From the IMG/VR virus record IMGVR_UViG_3300048914_000065: a DNA stretch of 45,081 bases. One strand, given 5' to 3'. This document shows positions 41,996 to 45,081 of this stretch, piece after piece; within the stretch, counting starts at the first letter, position 1; each line of letters begins with the position of its first letter. The DNA is from a virus. The translations under genes and the position numbers were made by a program. The notes beneath the pieces were generated by a model that had not been told where the DNA came from, ran no database searches, and saw only the letters and a program-made list of their open reading frames with translations.

Positions 41996-44081
41996 AGACG
42001 AAGACACAATAGTTTATGAAGAAGGCGAAGAAGGCCCAGCCCTTCGGGAAAAGCCGAAGCGTAAACTAATCGCGGCGCTTGAACGAGTTTTGCGCCCGTT
42101 ACACTTCTTTACCGACGCCGAACTAATGACGGCGGCGCACCGCGAAACGTTAGTGCTCGATACCGAGTGTTACCCTAACTTTTGGCTTTGTTCGTTTAAG
42201 TCAATCGAAAGCGGGCGCGCGGTATCGGTCGAACTGTCGGCGGATTGCGACTTAGACAGGCCGAAACTTGAATGGATTCTTTGGCATTTCCGAACGGTCG
42301 GATTCAACAGCCGTCGTTATGACTTGCTAATGATTTCGCTTGCGTTGAAGGGTTTGCCCGCCTGGGAACTGCATCAAGTTTCAACGGCAATCGTCAAAGG
42401 TACGGAACGGCTATCTGACATTTACGACAGGTACAACATCGCTACGCCGCCGTTTAATCATATCGACGTTTTCGACGTAGCACCGTTGCCCGACATTTCG
42501 TTGAAAACGTATTCAGGTCGCCTGCACGCAAAGCGCATGCAAGACTTGCCGTACGATCCGACGGAGCCTCTAACGCGCGAGCAGGCGCACCACACGCGAT
42601 ATTACTGCTTCAACGACATCGATAACACCGGGTTGATATTCAACAGTCTATCAAAACAACTTGAACTGCGCGAAGCCCTTGGCCGTGAATACGACCAAGA
42701 CTTACGAAGCAAGTCGGATGCTCAGATCGCCGAAGCCGTGTTCGGTGCGGAAATCGCTAAGATCACCGGGCGCTATCCAAAGAAGCCGAAGATTGAACCG
42801 GGCACGACGTTTCGCTACAAGATGCCGTCATATATCAGGTTCCAAACGCCAATCTTACAAGCGTTGGCCGATGCAATCGCGCAACAGGATTTCGAAATAG
42901 ACAAAGCAGGGTATCTGTTGATGCCGCCGACGGTCGGCCCGTTCGTCGTAATTGGCAAAGGAAACAAGCCAATCAAAGGCCCAGGTAAGGGCAATATCAA
43001 GTTGAACCTTTGGGGCAAGCCGTACAGTGTGGGCATGGGCGGGTTGCATTCGAACGAATCGTCTATTGCCCACATTAGCGACGCCGACACGCTGGTTATT
43101 GACGATGACGTGGAATCATATTACCCGCGCATCATCTTGAATCAACGATTGTTTCCGCCGCACTTGACCGATGCATTCTTGACGGTTTATGAAACATTCG
43201 TTAGCCGTCGTATCGCGGGTAAGAAATCCGGCGATAAAGTCGTAGCCGATTCGCTAAAGATCGTTATTAACGGATCGTTCGGCAAGTTAGGTTCGAAGTA
43301 TTCAATTTTGTATTCGCCCGACTTGCTATTGCAAGTTACGCTAACCGGGCAACTCTCATTGTTAATGCTTATTGAAATGATGGAAACCGCAGGGATTCCA
43401 GTTATTTCGGCGAATACTGACGGCGTTGTTAAGAAATGCCCTAAACATCTTTACGCCGTGCACGAAGCAATTCTGCGCGAATGGGAACGAATTACCGACT
43501 TCAAGACAGAACAAACGCAGTATAGGGCCGTGTATAGTCGTGACGTTAACAATTACATCGCGATTAAAAAGAACTTCGATAAAGATCGTAAGGTATGGCT
43601 TGATGAATTCCCGGTCGGGACCAAACTAGATAAAATGACGAAGGGTAAAGGGGCGTTCGGCAATCCATGGCTCGGCGGCGATTCTGTCGAGATTATGAAG
43701 AAGAACCCCGAATTTACGATTTGCGTTGAAGCTGTAACGCGGTTTTTAAACGATCGCACGCCAATCGAAACGACGATTCGGGAATGCCGCGATATCACGA
43801 AATTCGTTGCAGTTCGCAACGTAAAGGGCGGGGCGGAAAAGAATGATGTTTACTTGGGCAAGGTCGTACGATGGTATTACGCTGAAGGTGAGAAAACACC
43901 AATCTTATCGGTGCTGTATGAAAGTACGGTCCCGAAATCGACAGGCGGAAAGCCTTTAATGGATTTGCCGGATGAATTTCCAGCCGATGTAGACTACGAA
44001 CGATATATCGAAGAAGCTAGCGAAATGTTATTCGATATCGGTTACGCGATTCGACCAAATACGCAAATCAAGTTCTTCTAA
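41985..44081 (+). CDS. DNA polymerase, family-B-like, with an N-terminal 3'-5' exonuclease domain.
   Basis: 698 aa. Exonuclease motifs: VLDTEC (ExoI), GFNSRRYDLLM (ExoII), YYCFNDID (ExoIII). Polymerase motifs: DDDVESYYPRII (DxxSxYP type), KIVINGSFGKLG (KxxxNSxYG type), SANTDGV (DTD position). The C-terminus is QIKFF. Confidence 0.8.
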   Translation: MFFEDEDTIVYEEGEEGPALREKPKRKLIAALERVLRPLHFFTDAELMTAAHRETLVLDTECYPNFWLCSFKSIESGRAVSVELSADCDLDRPKLEWILWHFRTVGFNSRRYDLLMISLALKGLPAWELHQVSTAIVKGTERLSDIYDRYNIATPPFNHIDVFDVAPLPDISLKTYSGRLHAKRMQDLPYDPTEPLTREQAHHTRYYCFNDIDNTGLIFNSLSKQLELREALGREYDQDLRSKSDAQIAEAVFGAEIAKITGRYPKKPKIEPGTTFRYKMPSYIRFQTPILQALADAIAQQDFEIDKAGYLLMPPTVGPFVVIGKGNKPIKGPGKGNIKLNLWGKPYSVGMGGLHSNESSIAHISDADTLVIDDDVESYYPRIILNQRLFPPHLTDAFLTVYETFVSRRIAGKKSGDKVVADSLKIVINGSFGKLGSKYSILYSPDLLLQVTLTGQLSLLMLIEMMETAGIPVISANTDGVVKKCPKHLYAVHEAILREWERITDFKTEQTQYRAVYSRDVNNYIAIKKNFDKDRKVWLDEFPVGTKLDKMTKGKGAFGNPWLGGDSVEIMKKNPEFTICVEAVTRFLNDRTPIETTIRECRDITKFVAVRNVKGGAEKNDVYLGKVVRWYYAEGEKTPILSVLYESTVPKSTGGKPLMDLPDEFPADVDYERYIEEASEMLFDIGYAIRPNTQIKFF

Positions 44082-44083
44082 AT

Positions 44084-44109
44084 AAAATGCCCGGCGAACC
44101 GGGCATTTT
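44084..44109. terminator. Bidirectional rho-independent terminator between the convergent polymerase and tailspike genes.
   Basis: aaaatgcccgg-cgaa-ccgggcatttt: 11-bp perfect stem with A/T runs on both sides. Confidence 0.85.
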
Positions 44110-44112
44110 TAA

Positions 44113-45081
44113 TTACGCTGCAAGGTTAGACATTGCTTTGAAAGTTCCAGGCGAACCCGAAGTTGTGCATTTCCACCCAGGCGTGCCGCCCGCCGTCGGT
44201 GCATTATTCCACACTGTATCACCGGCGTTCCACGTACCCGCCGTTGTTGTCGAGAATGTTCCCCAAACGCTGCGCGGGTTCCAACTGTTATGCTCCTCTC
44301 GCTGTATTACACCGCTCACATTGAACAGCGGTGTCGTAACACCGACGTTAGCGATGTTGGAAAGCAGTACAACGTAACCGCCCGCATTATAGAAACCACG
44401 GCTAAGGCCGCTAACGTTTGAAACGGCGACGTTCTGAACGTGCACATTAGCAACGGTGGAGAAATTAACAAAGCCGTAATCTACGCAAGTATCGATCTTT
44501 CCTGCACGGATCGTAATGCTCGTCATTCCGGTGTTTATGTCAATCGCCTGCGCACCACAGTTTCGAATATCGAATTCTTCAAGAACAAACTGTCCGGTGC
44601 CATAAACGCGAACGGCGTTGCCTGTACTGTTGTTTGCTACGAATTCACTGATAAATGCTCGATCAACTGTATCGACAACGACACCATTCGACGGCGATCC
44701 GATTACGGTTAGCCCGCGAACCGTAATTTTCGCCGCATTTTTAAACATAGCGTTTCCGCTATTAACTAACGCTTCGGGGTTCGTTTGAGTCCCGAAGCAA
44801 TAAGCGCTATCAATGTCAACGCTGTAAAGTTGATCGTTTGACGCAGTGCCGACGAAGTACAATTGCGGCATGGTGCCGTCACGGCAAGTTACCTTCCCGA
44901 CGTGTACGACAGTTTGGCATGGGCCTGTACTGGACGGCGACACTTCTAAGCCACGCCAGCAATTTTGAAGGTCGGCATGGTGCACGACGTATACCCGGCA
45001 AGAACCTTTTGCCCGTACCGGCGTATAATATGTGTCGCGCGCACGAATGTCTTCAACGTAAACCTCGTCGACATTGCCGTA
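44113..45081 (-). CDS. Tailspike/depolymerase, 3' part (C-terminal about 280 aa unique). Bases 44955-45081 duplicate 1-127.
   Basis: Same phase as the minus-strand ORF starting at 1321. It shows beta-helix style repeats (VTVIGSPSNGVVVD, NAVRVYGTG, AQAIDINTG) and a C-terminal GDTVWNNAPTAGGTPGWKCTTSGSPGTFK. Confidence 0.8.
   Translation of the reverse strand, partial: YGNVDEVYVEDIRARDTYYTPVRAKGSCRVYVVHHADLQNCWRGLEVSPSSTGPCQTVVHVGKVTCRDGTMPQLYFVGTASNDQLYSVDIDSAYCFGTQTNPEALVNSGNAMFKNAAKITVRGLTVIGSPSNGVVVDTVDRAFISEFVANNSTGNAVRVYGTGQFVLEEFDIRNCGAQAIDINTGMTSITIRAGKIDTCVDYGFVNFSTVANVHVQNVAVSNVSGLSRGFYNAGGYVVLLSNIANVGVTTPLFNVSGVIQREEHNSWNPRSVWGTFSTTTAGTWNAGDTVWNNAPTAGGTPGWKCTTSGSPGTFKAMSNLAA
44955..45081. 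repeat. Terminal overlap, copy 2 (identical to 1-127).
   Basis: Base-by-base comparison. Confidence 0.95.

Noticed and set aside
1488-43074. TGCCCACA interpreted as a DnaA box (TTATCCACA).
   Set aside because: Only the CCACA part matches. The conserved T at box position 4 is C here and position 3 is G. The copies are dispersed rather than clustered at the origin-like element. The idea remains a remote possibility for a DnaA-domain-IV-like binder.

Overview
The window is a complete, circularly closed tailed dsDNA phage genome. Bases 1-127 are identical to 44955-45081, which leaves 44,954 bp of unique sequence. Morphogenesis gene order is lambda-like (siphovirus). The lysis genes (lambda-R-like transglycosylase, i/o-spanins) point to a Gram-negative host.

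There are three transcription blocks:
1. Late block, minus strand, 23973 down to 1 and across the junction to 44113. It holds the lysis cassette, TerS/TerL, portal, MuF/gp7-like protein, scaffold and major capsid. These are followed by a five-gene accessory block, adaptor/terminator, major tail protein and G/T chaperones with an A_AAA_AAC -1 slippery site. The block ends with the tape measure, M/L/K-position tip proteins, an I-J fusion and a pectate-lyase-type tailspike split by the window ends.
2. Leftward early block, 34099 down to 24123. It holds an HTH protein, a prim-pol/helicase, an iteron-rich dyad (candidate origin) and about 20 small ORFs (VRR-NUC, DUF3850-like, several Cys-rich proteins). 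It ends with a 267-aa gene that has its own consensus-like promoter and terminator.
3. Rightward replication block, 34278 to 44081. It holds a MazG-like protein, a Gp157-like protein, a Sak4/AAA_24-like ATPase, a DUF669-type SSB and a DUF3268-like protein. These are followed by a Cas4-like nuclease, an SF2 helicase, a 78-aa protein ending DDDIPF, a DnaN-like clamp and a PolB-like polymerase ending QIKFF.

I saw no integrase, RNA polymerase, reverse transcriptase, tRNA or CRISPR array.

The observations most worth follow-up:
- The octamer TGCCCACA occurs 25 times, spread over the whole genome and mostly in one codon phase.
- The replication block looks like a split SSB arrangement: an SSB with a linker-like tail but no acidic tip, a tiny separate protein carrying the tip, a phage clamp, and a polymerase with a clamp-binding-like C-terminus.
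- An origin-like iteron dyad lies next to the primase gene.
- The 267-aa gene is an autonomous unit sitting directly upstream of a late operon with no promoter of its own.

All family assignments come from reading motifs by eye. No database search was run.
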